This document shows, piece by piece, positions 45,589 to 54,770 of a stretch of 64,000 nt of DNA (position 1 is its first letter; each line of letters opens with the position of its first letter). The stretch lies in the IMG/VR virus record IMGVR_UViG_3300023210_000011, positions 67,436-131,435 of that record; one strand, given 5' to 3'. This DNA comes from a virus. A program made the translations under genes and the position numbers. The notes beneath the pieces were generated by a model that was not told the origin of the DNA, searched no databases, and was given only the letters and a program-made list of their open reading frames with translations.

Positions 45589-46290
45589 GTGGCCCCGCAG
45601 CTCATCGAGATCGGAAACATGACGCCTGCCGAGGTCCGGCAGGCGTACGACTCCTTCCGGAAGATGGAGATGGAGAAGAAGCAGCAGCTCGCTGAAACTC
45701 CTCCGGGCACCCTGCGCCACCGGTGGCGCTCTCGGCAGTACAAGAACCACCGCAGGGACGCGGAGTCCTTCTTGGCGAAACAGGGAGCCGCCCCCATGGA
45801 CAAGCTCGCACGCATTTTCGGCGCCCAAGAGCCGGATGTATCAGAAGCTGCAATCCCGTACGGCGTTCGGAAGCGTCAGTACTCTCGGTACGCCAAGGCC
45901 AAGGCCAAGGAGAAGGCTACCCCCATGGGTAAGGCCTCCCTGGTGGGCGGCCTTGTTGGGGGCGGCATCGGGGCGCTCGGCGCGGCCCTGAGCGGACCGT
46001 CACGGCGTGCGGCACCCAACGCTGTGATCGGGGGAGTCCTCGGTGGCCTCGGTGGGGCCCTGGTTGGCGCCGGGCTGTCTGCCCAAGATGAGAGCCACAT
46101 CCGGGCGGCCAAGAGCATCGTCCGCAACAACAACTACGACCGGGCCACCCTGGGGGCCGTCCGCCGGCAGCTCGATACCAAGCAGCACCAGCGGGAGTTG
46201 AACGAGTTCTACAAGGAGCAGCGGGCGGAAGATCGCCACCATGAGCTCCGCAATCGCCTGGATCGCATCGATCGGCATAGCCGCTACTGA
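45589..46290 (+). CDS. Glycine-zipper cargo protein, 233 aa
   Basis: AKQGAAPMDKLA; GGLVGGGIGALGAA and GGVLGGLGGALVGAGL. Confidence 0.7.
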   Translation: MAPQLIEIGNMTPAEVRQAYDSFRKMEMEKKQQLAETPPGTLRHRWRSRQYKNHRRDAESFLAKQGAAPMDKLARIFGAQEPDVSEAAIPYGVRKRQYSRYAKAKAKEKATPMGKASLVGGLVGGGIGALGAALSGPSRRAAPNAVIGGVLGGLGGALVGAGLSAQDESHIRAAKSIVRNNNYDRATLGAVRRQLDTKQHQRELNEFYKEQRAEDRHHELRNRLDRIDRHSRY

Positions 46291-46298
46291 GGACCACC

Positions 46299-46742
46299 GT
46301 GGACAAACTCGCAGCATACGAATCTCTTTTGGAAGGCCACCCACTCTGGGAGGATTTCGAAAAGTCTGCAGCCTGGGCCCCAGTTGGGGCCCTAACCGGC
46401 GTGGTGGGCGGAGCTGCGCTTGGCTACGCCAAGAGCCGAGAGCTGCCCCGGAAGTCTCGTGTTCGCGGAACTATCGCAGGCGGGGCGCTCGGCGGTGCCG
46501 TAGGTATGACCGCGGGGGGAATGGCAGATGTGACCAGCTCTTTCCGCCGGGCCAATGCGGCGCTGGAACGCGCGCACGCAGGGGGGCTGTTGCAGGATGC
46601 CCTGGACAATCGAAATCACTTGGCTGCCCTGCGAGAGTTGGACCTCTCGAGTGCCCGCGTCGATAGAATTCGAGGCAAAATGAATTCCTTGGAGAAGGAG
46701 ATCAAATCCCTGGATGACCTCGATCGGTTTATGACGGAGTAG
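46299..46742 (+). CDS. KLAAYE-leader + glycine-zipper cargo protein, 147 aa
   Basis: MDKLAAYESLLEGHPLWEDFEKSAA; GALTGVVGGAALG and AGGALGGAVGMTAGG. Confidence 0.75.
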   Translation: MDKLAAYESLLEGHPLWEDFEKSAAWAPVGALTGVVGGAALGYAKSRELPRKSRVRGTIAGGALGGAVGMTAGGMADVTSSFRRANAALERAHAGGLLQDALDNRNHLAALRELDLSSARVDRIRGKMNSLEKEIKSLDDLDRFMTE

Positions 46743-46746
46743 CTCT

Positions 46747-47610
46747 ATGGCGCACCCGGCTGAATTCTTCATCAAGTACCTCCTCGTGATCGGGGCGGCG
46801 CTGTCGTATGAAGAGGTGGTGCTGAACCTTGAGATCCACGGCCTCTCCGCGCATTCCGAGGAAGACCACGACCGGCTCCAGAGGGAGGTGTCGGGGGGAC
46901 CAAAGGACTTCCGGCCCTGGGACCCGAAGCACCGCGCCTCCACTCGTTGGCTAAGGGAGAAGAAGATCTTCTCCCTGGTTCACCCAGACGCCGCGACGCA
47001 TGCGATGAAGCGTCTGATCCTCGGCAATCCCCATGTGCGGGAGAAGGCAGAGGCTCTGGTGATGAGCGGGGTCCCGTTCCACGAGGCCGCCGCAAACCTG
47101 GGGGAGCTCGGGTGCGCGGTCCCGGAGCTCGCGGTTGCGGAGTTCCGGCACTACTTCTGGAATCCAGACATCATGGGTGTGGGGGATTGGGCCGAGTACC
47201 TTCAGACGGACTCCACAAAGCGCACCTACCCGCTGCAGAGCGCGTACCAGCTTGCAGTGCGCGCAGGTCCGGAGGCTGCGGCCTACCGCCTGGGGGTTCA
47301 CCGGGAGCTGGACGGGAAGAAGATCATGGTCGAGGTGCAGCGGGAGCTGTACCACTCGTTCCTCGAGGCCCGGTCACTACCGCTCTCGTCCAAGAAGGTG
47401 GAGATGCTGGGGAACCTGGCGCGCGGCCTGGCGCGAATCGACGAGCGCGTTCAGGCAGGTGATAGTGCCCTGCAGGAGACGCTCAAGAAGTTCGAGAAGT
47501 TCAAGGTCCTCCACGGTCGGAAAGAGATGCCCAGTTTGATAGACTTGGCCCCCACAGGCTCTGTGAGCAATCGCTCCCGGGACGAGATTCTCCAGTCCGA
47601 GGGGAGCTGA
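46747..47610 (+). CDS. Hypothetical helical protein, 287 aa
   Basis: Long ORF with typical codon bias; no motif recognised. Confidence 0.65.
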   Translation: MAHPAEFFIKYLLVIGAALSYEEVVLNLEIHGLSAHSEEDHDRLQREVSGGPKDFRPWDPKHRASTRWLREKKIFSLVHPDAATHAMKRLILGNPHVREKAEALVMSGVPFHEAAANLGELGCAVPELAVAEFRHYFWNPDIMGVGDWAEYLQTDSTKRTYPLQSAYQLAVRAGPEAAAYRLGVHRELDGKKIMVEVQRELYHSFLEARSLPLSSKKVEMLGNLARGLARIDERVQAGDSALQETLKKFEKFKVLHGRKEMPSLIDLAPTGSVSNRSRDEILQSEGS

Positions 47611-47658
47611 CGTTGCGGCCCAATGACAGCTTCTCCGGCCTGGGTAGCGGCCACGGGG

Positions 47659-47664
47659 TACACT
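47659..47664 (+). promoter_or_regulatory. Candidate -10-only promoter (TACACT)
   Basis: 29 nt upstream of ATG 47694. Confidence 0.45.
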
Positions 47665-47693
47665 CCCAGAACTTCGCGTAGCAGGAGCCGCAC

Positions 47694-48077
47694 ATGGGAC
47701 AGACTTCCCGGTCGTTCGCGACCATCTTCGAGCTCAAGACCTACATGGCGGACAACGACGTCGCGTCGTCTGCGATCCTGAGCATCGACCGCAATGCCTC
47801 CGGCCACATCAACCTGCTCCATGACGGCGACTACGATCACGCGTCGGGCACCGGAGGCGCGACCGTGACTGTCCCCGCGGGAGCCACGGTCCAGAAGATC
47901 ACGGCCTTCGCCAACGGCGCAGATGGCACGATCACGATCGACGGCGGAGACCCAATCACGGTGCGCACGAGCGGCGGGTTCGAGGACTCCCCTACGGGAC
48001 TGGTCTCTCCGGTCGGCGGGGCGATCGACATCGTCTTCTCCGCGTCGATGGACTACTTCGTCTCCTGGACTCTGTAG
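47694..48077 (+). CDS. Small beta-rich structural protein, 127 aa
   Basis: AGGAG RBS; T/G/A/V-rich. Confidence 0.65.
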   Translation: MGQTSRSFATIFELKTYMADNDVASSAILSIDRNASGHINLLHDGDYDHASGTGGATVTVPAGATVQKITAFANGADGTITIDGGDPITVRTSGGFEDSPTGLVSPVGGAIDIVFSASMDYFVSWTL

Positions 48078-48086
48078 GAGGGCGCG

Positions 48087-49991
48087 GTGGGCTTCACTGG
48101 AATCATGGGCGGCGGAGCTGCGATCGTCCCCAGAGAGGGGGCGGATCTCCAGGTGTCCACCCTCGGGCCCCATGCGATTGCCACGCCGGCAGGCTCGCTG
48201 GGGACGTTCAACGGATGGACGGCCACCGTCGTTCCGGCGGCCAACGATCCTGCATTCCCGAATGGGACGACAACCGGGGCCGTCGTCATCGCGGATGCCG
48301 CTGCGTCCAGCACGACCATCACCCTTCCGGGGCCTGGCTACTATGAGCTGGAAGCGGACATCGGCGGTGAGATCGAGACGCTGGGAATCTACTGCACTCG
48401 TCCGCTTCCGCAGCTTGCTGTGGCAGGCCGTACGAATGCCGAAGCGTTCAACTCCGCGGCCGGCGCGCGCTCTGCCACGCTCTCCGACTCCGGAGGGTCC
48501 GACAGCCCCGCGCACAGCACTGTGGCCGCCCAGGGCTCCGACGGAGCCCCCCTCACGGTGACGGGCAGCACGACGGCGTCTCCGTCGTGGACCAACCCGT
48601 CGACTGCCACAGGCGACGGGGTGCAGCTGTCGCATGTGCTGACCGACGCGTACGGGCGTGTCAGTGTGTTCGCGTACTCCGAGCGCATCGCGGGCGCGGG
48701 CGGCGGGAGCAGCCTCGATCCTGACGCAAACACGCCATCCATCCTCGAGCTGAATGTCTCTGCCTCGCCCTCGGGCACGACGGTCGGGTCTGTCGCATTC
48801 CGCGGCCCCGTGGACGCGGACGGGGCCACGCTCGGCGGTGCGGATGCTTCATCCTTCACGGTGTCTGGCAACGGCGACGGCAGCTTCGACATCGTGGCCG
48901 CCACAGACCTCACCGAGGCGACGCGCATCATCACGGCGACGGTGGGTGGCTACACGACCGGCAACATCGAGATCCAGACGTACCCGGACACCGCCACGCT
49001 GCTCACGGCTGTCACCTCAGACGGCGAGACCCTCTGGAGGCACGGCGGTGGCTCGTGGACCGTCCACGAAACGTGGTCAGGACAGAACCTCCTGGGCATC
49101 GACACCAGCGAGGACGGCAACCTCCTCTCGTTCCTGTGCCGCTTCGATCAGACAACCGGTGTGGACACCGCCCAGACCACGGACCTCGTCACTCCGTCCT
49201 GGGGCGGGAACACCAACATTGGTGGCACCAGCTATGCCACGCAGACCGTCTATATCGACAGCGTGAACGGGTACGCGCTGACCGGTCACAACAATGGGCG
49301 CGGCAGGTACAAGTCCATCGCGGACGTGCTCGCCGACGGGAACTTCAACAGCTCGGTCGAGATGAGGTTCAACTCCGGCGGCCACTGGACTGGCAACAAC
49401 TACTCCCTGGCTGACGACTTCCTCACCCTCGCCAGCGGGCGCATGCTCGCATGCGGGTGGCACTGGAACAGCGGCAACGGTCAACCTCACCTCTCGACGA
49501 GTGATACCGGCCCCGGCGGGACATGGACCGAACGCGCCATCGGTACGTGGACAGTCGGGTTCCCGCGAATGATGGCAACAGATGGCACGCTGATTGTCGT
49601 CGTTGGAGGCTCATCGACCTGGGGTGTCCTGGGCTACTCCGCCGACAGCGGGACCACCTGGGCCACGGGCGGCGCCATTGCCGGAACCAACTTCTATGCC
49701 GTGGCGTGCAAGCCAGATGGCAGCCTGTGGGTTGCTGTTGGGGCTTCAGGCGCCGTTGCCACGACCGCAGACCCCACCCTGCTATCGTGGGATCTGCGCA
49801 CCAGTGGCACGGCCGAGGATCTGCGTGGCGTGGCGTGGGACGCCTCCGCAGGCGAGTTCGTCGCCGTCGGCACGACCCAGACGGTGATCACGTCGTCCGA
49901 CGGCATCACCTGGACGGCGGAGACACTGCCGGCCGGGGTGAACGGGACGATCAACGCTATCCGCGCGCGCACCACAGCCGCACCGACGTGA
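48087..49991 (+). CDS. Adhesin/fibre-like protein with Ig-like domains and an Asp-box beta-propeller, 634 aa
   Basis: Cadherin/Ig-like stretches, then S-x-D-x-G-x-x-W Asp-box repeats (TSDGETLW, STSDTGPGGTW, YSADSGTTW, SSDGITW). Confidence 0.7.
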   Translation: MGFTGIMGGGAAIVPREGADLQVSTLGPHAIATPAGSLGTFNGWTATVVPAANDPAFPNGTTTGAVVIADAAASSTTITLPGPGYYELEADIGGEIETLGIYCTRPLPQLAVAGRTNAEAFNSAAGARSATLSDSGGSDSPAHSTVAAQGSDGAPLTVTGSTTASPSWTNPSTATGDGVQLSHVLTDAYGRVSVFAYSERIAGAGGGSSLDPDANTPSILELNVSASPSGTTVGSVAFRGPVDADGATLGGADASSFTVSGNGDGSFDIVAATDLTEATRIITATVGGYTTGNIEIQTYPDTATLLTAVTSDGETLWRHGGGSWTVHETWSGQNLLGIDTSEDGNLLSFLCRFDQTTGVDTAQTTDLVTPSWGGNTNIGGTSYATQTVYIDSVNGYALTGHNNGRGRYKSIADVLADGNFNSSVEMRFNSGGHWTGNNYSLADDFLTLASGRMLACGWHWNSGNGQPHLSTSDTGPGGTWTERAIGTWTVGFPRMMATDGTLIVVVGGSSTWGVLGYSADSGTTWATGGAIAGTNFYAVACKPDGSLWVAVGASGAVATTADPTLLSWDLRTSGTAEDLRGVAWDASAGEFVAVGTTQTVITSSDGITWTAETLPAGVNGTINAIRARTTAAPT

Positions 49992-49999
49992 GGTGACTC

Positions 50000-50485
50000 G
50001 TGAGCATCATCGACCGCATCGCCGACCACGGGCGCTATCTCGCCCCCACAGACCGGCCGCCCACCGGGGACCCTTCCAATCCCGCGTCTCCTGAGTCCAT
50101 CGCCTACCGTGAGTGGGAGCGCGCCGCGCCGCGCCGGCTCAACTGCATGGGCGAGGACCTGCGTGGACTGGACTTCAATGAGGCCAGCCTCCGCATGGCG
50201 GGACTGAAGGGTGCCGACCTGCGGAACTGTGACCTGCGTAAGTGCGACCTGCACGGTGCAGATCTACGGGACTGCGCGTTGGAGGGCGCGAACCTCGCTG
50301 GGGCCCATGTCGACGCAAGCACTCGTATTGCCCACATCGACCTGGGCACGGGCCTCGCCAACCGCACGAGCCTCGTGCTGCTGTTGGAGGCCGTAGGTGG
50401 CGACCCCGAGGAGGAGCAGACCCGCGCCCTCGTGGAGGCGCTCAAGGGGCGGACGGGCAGACCCGGCGGCAGGGTCACGAGGTAG
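50000..50485 (+). CDS. Pentapeptide repeat protein, 161 aa
   Basis: EDLRG LDFNE ASLRM AGLKG ADLRN CDLRK CDLHG ADLRD CALEG ANLAG. Confidence 0.85.
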   Translation: MSIIDRIADHGRYLAPTDRPPTGDPSNPASPESIAYREWERAAPRRLNCMGEDLRGLDFNEASLRMAGLKGADLRNCDLRKCDLHGADLRDCALEGANLAGAHVDASTRIAHIDLGTGLANRTSLVLLLEAVGGDPEEEQTRALVEALKGRTGRPGGRVTR

Positions 50486-50534
50486 GGCGATAGTTCGTCG
50501 AGCTCCCCATCACCATCACCAAGGTTACAGCCTG

Positions 50535-50894
50535 ATGCACACTCCCGACTTCATGAAAGACCCTGACCGTTCAGCGCCAGGGCACGAAGTCAAGCTCGAT
50601 ACTCCGCCGCGTGCCGAGTACCGAGGCACGCACTTCCGCGCCGAGATCGTGGCCAAGAACGGGGACCTGATCTACCAGTTCTTCGACGTCAAGAACGCGG
50701 ACTTCCGCAGCTTCCTCGCAGAGATCGTCGAGTCCCACTTCGGCTCCACCGAGGCGTTCAGTGCGGACTACATCCCCGAGGTCCAGTCACACGGACTGCG
50801 TGCGAAGGGCGTGACCGATTCTCCCTTCTTCAGCTACGACCACTACACGTCAGACTTCCTGGGTCTGGTGGATCGATGCCTTCAGGAGTCCTGA
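50535..50894 (+). CDS. Hypothetical protein, about 119 aa
   Basis: MHTPDFMKD...; coding-like codons. Confidence 0.6.
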   Translation: MHTPDFMKDPDRSAPGHEVKLDTPPRAEYRGTHFRAEIVAKNGDLIYQFFDVKNADFRSFLAEIVESHFGSTEAFSADYIPEVQSHGLRAKGVTDSPFFSYDHYTSDFLGLVDRCLQES

Positions 50895-50895
50895 C

Positions 50896-51225
50896 ATGGA
50901 CAAGATTGCCGCGTACGAAAAGATTCTCGCCGAGCATCCGCTGTGGGAGAAGACTGCCGTGACGGAGATGGGTGCGCTGATCCTTGCGGGGCTGGGAGCT
51001 GCTACTGCGCTGGGGGCAGCAGCCGGAGGAGCTGCAGGCGCCATGACTACCCACGAGGGAAATAGACTTCGGGGGGCCGGAGTCGGTGCGATGGCTGGGG
51101 GCATTGGCGGACTTCTGATGGCCTCGCCGGTGGGTTCCCCCGTTGCTGGCGGCGTGGCGGGCGGCCTTGCTGCCCACTACCTGGCGGGACCCGGCGCCAC
51201 GAAGGAAGCGAAGCTGCTGCGGTAG
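50896..51225 (+). CDS. KIAAYE-leader + hydrophobic glycine-zipper peptide, 109 aa
   Basis: MDKIAAYEKILAEHPLWEKTA then ALILAGLGAATALGAAAGGAAG and GVGAMAGGIGGLL. Confidence 0.8.
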   Translation: MDKIAAYEKILAEHPLWEKTAVTEMGALILAGLGAATALGAAAGGAAGAMTTHEGNRLRGAGVGAMAGGIGGLLMASPVGSPVAGGVAGGLAAHYLAGPGATKEAKLLR

Positions 51226-51232
51226 CGTCTCG

Positions 51233-51532
51233 CTACAAGAGGTCAAAAGGGCTGTTGTCCTGCACGGGACCCAGCCCTTTGATGAAGATCAGCGCCCGGA
51301 AGTCCCACTTCTTCCAGGTTGACTTCCGGTAGACCGCGTCGTTGGCCTCGCACCATTCCGAGAGGAGGGACCTAAGAAAAGGTACTTCTTCTTTGCGGAT
51401 CCACCGCTTGAGCCGCAGGTGGACCACCCAGCGAAGGGGGTCCACCTGCGGCTTCAGTTCCCACGAGTAGAGGTCACCAAGTAGAGATCTCCGGAAGCTG
51501 GCTTCCGCCTGCTCCGACCAGCGTAGGCTCAT
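51233..51532 (-). CDS. Hypothetical protein, about 99 aa
   Basis: Convergent with 50896..51225; the two TAG stops sit in a GTAGCG-tct-CGCTAC inverted repeat. Confidence 0.55.
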   Translation of the reverse strand: MSLRWSEQAEASFRRSLLGDLYSWELKPQVDPLRWVVHLRLKRWIRKEEVPFLRSLLSEWCEANDAVYRKSTWKKWDFRALIFIKGLGPVQDNSPFDLL

Positions 51533-52118
51533 CGGGAGACTCACTGGGGGACTGGTCGTTGACGACATACTTCCCATGGTAGCCCACCTTGAGCGGCCAG
51601 ACGCTCCCCAGGGGGAGCACCTCGCTCAGGTTCCCGATGAGCTCCCGGACCAGGATCCCCCAGCGGCCATCCTCCGGGATCTCCTCTCCGATGAGATCTT
51701 GGAGGACCCCTTCGATGTTCTCCTCCCGGATTTCCTGCACCAGTGCGGGGACCACCGAAGAGCCGAACTTGTCGGTGATCTCCGCTGCCGCCCAGAGCTG
51801 GATCCCGTGCTTCTTGTGGTAGGTCACCCGCCACCCGCGACAGATGCCGGTGGTCTCATCCCCCGCCGTCTGCCGGTGGTGACGGTGCAGCGCCTTGCGG
51901 CGGTAGTACTCTGCGACCATGCAGGACCCGAACTTCGTCGGATCCTGCGCCTTCTCGGTGAGGGCGCCCTGCAGGGCGCCCAGCTCTCCCGTGCTGTGGA
52001 TGCACGTGTGCAGCTTTCCGCTGCGGTCCTCCACTACGAGGGCGAGCATGTGCTCGCCCGTATTCCTGATGGCGCGCACCTCTGCGCCGACCACCAGGAC
52101 ACTCAAGTCATCATTCAT
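51474..52118 (-). CDS. Hypothetical protein, 214 aa
   Basis: GGAGG RBS; CATAAC 35 nt upstream. Confidence 0.65.
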   Translation of the reverse strand: MNDDLSVLVVGAEVRAIRNTGEHMLALVVEDRSGKLHTCIHSTGELGALQGALTEKAQDPTKFGSCMVAEYYRRKALHRHHRQTAGDETTGICRGWRVTYHKKHGIQLWAAAEITDKFGSSVVPALVQEIREENIEGVLQDLIGEEIPEDGRWGILVRELIGNLSEVLPLGSVWPLKVGYHGKYVVNDQSPSESPDEPTLVGAGGSQLPEISTW

Positions 52119-52134
52119 GGGAAAATCCTCCGTG

Positions 52135-52140
52135 TATAGT
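52135..52140 (+). promoter_or_regulatory. Candidate -10-only late promoter (TATAGT)
   Basis: 29 nt upstream of the terL ATG. Confidence 0.55.
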
Positions 52141-52169
52141 GTCTTCCGAAAGCGTTATGCCGGATTTCT

Positions 52170-53885
52170 ATGAGTTTTTCCAAAGACCATTCGGGGCCAT
52201 GGGAGTACCAGGCGCCGCGTAGGGAGAGGCAGAAGTCGGCAGATCTACGCCGTGCGCCGATCCCCGTGCGTCCCTCCGAGTTCGTCGAGACCACGGTTCT
52301 CATGCCGGACGCGCACACCCGGTCCCTCACGAACTTCTCGTTCGCAGAGCGGGGGTACCTTCGGGAGATCTACGACATCCAGGCACCCCGCACGTTGCTG
52401 ATGTGCGGCAGACAGGTCGAGAAGAGCACGACGCTCGGCAACAAGATGCTGGCCTACTCGTGTCTCATCCCCCACTTCAAGGTTCTCTACGTCTCGCCCT
52501 CGAGCACGCAGACGAAGGAGTTCTCGAAGACGCGGCTGAAGGAGTCGATCGATACGTGTCCAGATCTACGGACCTGGTTCCCGTCGCACCTCACGGACAA
52601 CGTCTTCGAGAAGAAGGCGATCAACCGTAGCAAGCTCACCCTGCGGTACGCCTTCCTCAACGCTGACCGGTGCCGTGGGCTGTCCGCCGATCTCATCGCG
52701 ATGGACGAGTTTCAGGATCTCCTGCTCGACAACATCCCGGTCATCGAAGAGGCCGCATCCCACAGCCCCTTCAAGTGGTTCATCTACAGCGGCACCCCCA
52801 AGTCGCTGGACAACCCCATCCAGGTCTACTGGGACTCGTATTCGACGAAGAACGAGTGGGTGGTGCCTTGTGATAGGCATGGCCTCCCCAACAACCCCGG
52901 GTCGTGGCACTGGAACATCCTGGGGGAGAAGAACATCGGCCTTCGAGGCCTCTCCTGTGATCGGTGTGGGGAGCCCATCCACGCGAACCACCCGATGGCT
53001 CAGTGGATCCGGACCGGCAACCCGAACCCGAAGTTCGACACCTTCGAGGGCTTCCGCATCCCTCAGTTGATGGTGCCCTGGATCTCTTGGAGCAACATTC
53101 TAACGAAGTACAACGGGTACTCGAGAGGCAAGTTCTACAATGAGGTCCTTGGCCAGAGCTTTGACTCCGGCCAGCGCCCCCTGACGCAGAGCGACGTCCA
53201 GGCGAACTGCGACCCCGAATTCAGCATGGCCGCGGACAAGCTGAAGGAGGCGATGGGCAAGGTCCGGGGCAAGAAGGTCTACGCTGGGATCGACTGGGGG
53301 CAGGACAGCAACAACTCGTACACGATCTTGATGATCGGTGCGTACATCGACGGGTTCTTCCGCATCATCTTCTCGCACAGATTCAGCGGTGCGGAGGCGG
53401 AGCCGAAGGAGCAGATCACCAAGATCAAGAAGCTCCTCAAGGCGTTCAATATCGACCGAGTGGGGGTCGATTACGGTGGAGGCTACTGGCCGAATGATGA
53501 GCTCTTGCGGACGTACGGATCCCAGCGCGTCGTCAGGTACCAGTACTCCACTCCGAAGACGATCATGAAGTACGACTCCTCGAAGGGGCGCTTCCTGATT
53601 CACCGCTCTGAGGTGATGAGCGCGGTCTTCAACGCCATCAAGCGGCGGTCGGTCTTCCGATTCCCGAAATGGTCGGAGTTCCGGAGCCCCTTCGCGTCGG
53701 ACATGCTGGCGATCTTCTCTGAGTACAACGAGCGCACGCGGATGACGGAGTACCGGAAGTCTCCGAACACCACGGATGACTCCTTCCACGCCCTGCTGCT
53801 CTGTTTCATCGTCTCCATGATCGACAACCCGCGTCCGGACATCCTGGTACCGAGTGCTAAGATCGATCGGGAACTGGATGACTGA
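52170..53885 (+). CDS. terL: Terminase large subunit, 571 aa
   Basis: Walker A-like CGRQVEKST, Walker B IAMDEFQD, SGTPKS, nuclease YAGIDWG, VGVDYGG, DDSFHA. Confidence 0.88.
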   Translation: MSFSKDHSGPWEYQAPRRERQKSADLRRAPIPVRPSEFVETTVLMPDAHTRSLTNFSFAERGYLREIYDIQAPRTLLMCGRQVEKSTTLGNKMLAYSCLIPHFKVLYVSPSSTQTKEFSKTRLKESIDTCPDLRTWFPSHLTDNVFEKKAINRSKLTLRYAFLNADRCRGLSADLIAMDEFQDLLLDNIPVIEEAASHSPFKWFIYSGTPKSLDNPIQVYWDSYSTKNEWVVPCDRHGLPNNPGSWHWNILGEKNIGLRGLSCDRCGEPIHANHPMAQWIRTGNPNPKFDTFEGFRIPQLMVPWISWSNILTKYNGYSRGKFYNEVLGQSFDSGQRPLTQSDVQANCDPEFSMAADKLKEAMGKVRGKKVYAGIDWGQDSNNSYTILMIGAYIDGFFRIIFSHRFSGAEAEPKEQITKIKKLLKAFNIDRVGVDYGGGYWPNDELLRTYGSQRVVRYQYSTPKTIMKYDSSKGRFLIHRSEVMSAVFNAIKRRSVFRFPKWSEFRSPFASDMLAIFSEYNERTRMTEYRKSPNTTDDSFHALLLCFIVSMIDNPRPDILVPSAKIDRELDD

Positions 53886-53906
53886 CGGCCCCGAAGGGCC
53901 GCCAGT
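53881..53906 (-). terminator. Hairpin with a cUUCGg tetraloop at the terL convergence point
   Basis: Minus strand ACTGGCGGCCC-TTCG-GGGCCGTCAGT (11 bp, one G-U pair); no clear U-tract. Confidence 0.55.
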
Positions 53907-53918
53907 CGCCAGGTCTTC

Positions 53919-54344
53919 TCAGCCCCGTCCGCCACCGCGGTTCCGGAGCACCTCGGGCCCCTGCTGGGCGCCCCCATCATCCATGCCCATGGCGCTGCGC
54001 ATGTCCCGCGCCTCCGCGATGGCCTTCGCCATCGCGGGGTTGTTGGCCTCCGCCTTCCGGAGGCGCTCGAGCGCCATCAGCGCCTTCTGTCCGTCATCAA
54101 GCAGCATCGCATCCGCCGCGAAGGTGCCGATGAACCCTCCCACGAACCCGGCCCCGATGGCCGGGATCATGTTCTCCTGGATGATCTCGATGCCGCCGTA
54201 CGTGCCGGCGGCCCAGACTCCACCGGCGACGGCGACTCCGTGGAGCGCACGGCGGCCGTTCGGACCGACCCCGAGCCCGTCTTCGACGAACAGGTTGTAC
54301 TTCGCGTACCCACTCATCTCGGTGGTTGCCTTGTTGTTGGCCAT
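53919..54344 (-). CDS. Hypothetical membrane protein, about 141 aa
   Basis: Two Gly-rich hydrophobic segments (GVAVAGGVWAAG; AIGAGFVGGFIGTFAA). Confidence 0.6.
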   Translation of the reverse strand: MANNKATTEMSGYAKYNLFVEDGLGVGPNGRRALHGVAVAGGVWAAGTYGGIEIIQENMIPAIGAGFVGGFIGTFAADAMLLDDGQKALMALERLRKAEANNPAMAKAIAEARDMRSAMGMDDGGAQQGPEVLRNRGGGRG

Positions 54345-54346
54345 TT

Positions 54347-54736
54347 CTACCCTCGCTTCTGCTTCTGTGTGGTGATGAATCCCGCCTTGAGGACCGCGTG
54401 AAGCGTCCTCGGGGGGCGGGGATCGATGCCGTGGCTTTCTGCCAGGGCGTGTGTGTGCTGCTCCATGATCCCCACGACGTGGTCGACGATGCTGTCGAGC
54501 CACGCGGTGATGATCTTCTCCGTGTTCTCCGGATTCTCCAGGCAGGCCGCCAGGAGGTCTCCCGCCGGCTTGCCCGGGAGGAAGAGGACCTCGAACGGTC
54601 CCATCATCGACGCCATCTGGAGGGCGTTCCGCTCCAGCACGGCAACCCGCGCCTCGAGGAGCGCACTCTTCTCCTTCTCTTTCTCGAAGAGGCCCTCAAG
54701 GGCCTCCACCCGTGCCGTCAGGGTCACTTTGGGCAT
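54347..54736 (-). CDS. Hypothetical coiled-coil protein, 129 aa
   Basis: AAGGAGG RBS; heptad pattern at the N-terminus. Confidence 0.7.
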   Translation of the reverse strand: MPKVTLTARVEALEGLFEKEKEKSALLEARVAVLERNALQMASMMGPFEVLFLPGKPAGDLLAACLENPENTEKIITAWLDSIVDHVVGIMEQHTHALAESHGIDPRPPRTLHAVLKAGFITTQKQKRG

Positions 54737-54770
54737 TAGGTACCTCCTTTGCCACAGAGGTTATGGCCGT

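Noticed and set aside
46747-47610. Small terminase call for the 287-aa helical protein
   Set aside because: No recognisable motif and not adjacent to terL; left as hypothetical.
23725-53885. Odd P-loops in DnaB (GRPGNMKT) and TerL (GRQVEKST)
   Set aside because: Walker A variation is common in phage helicases and terminases and all other motifs are intact.
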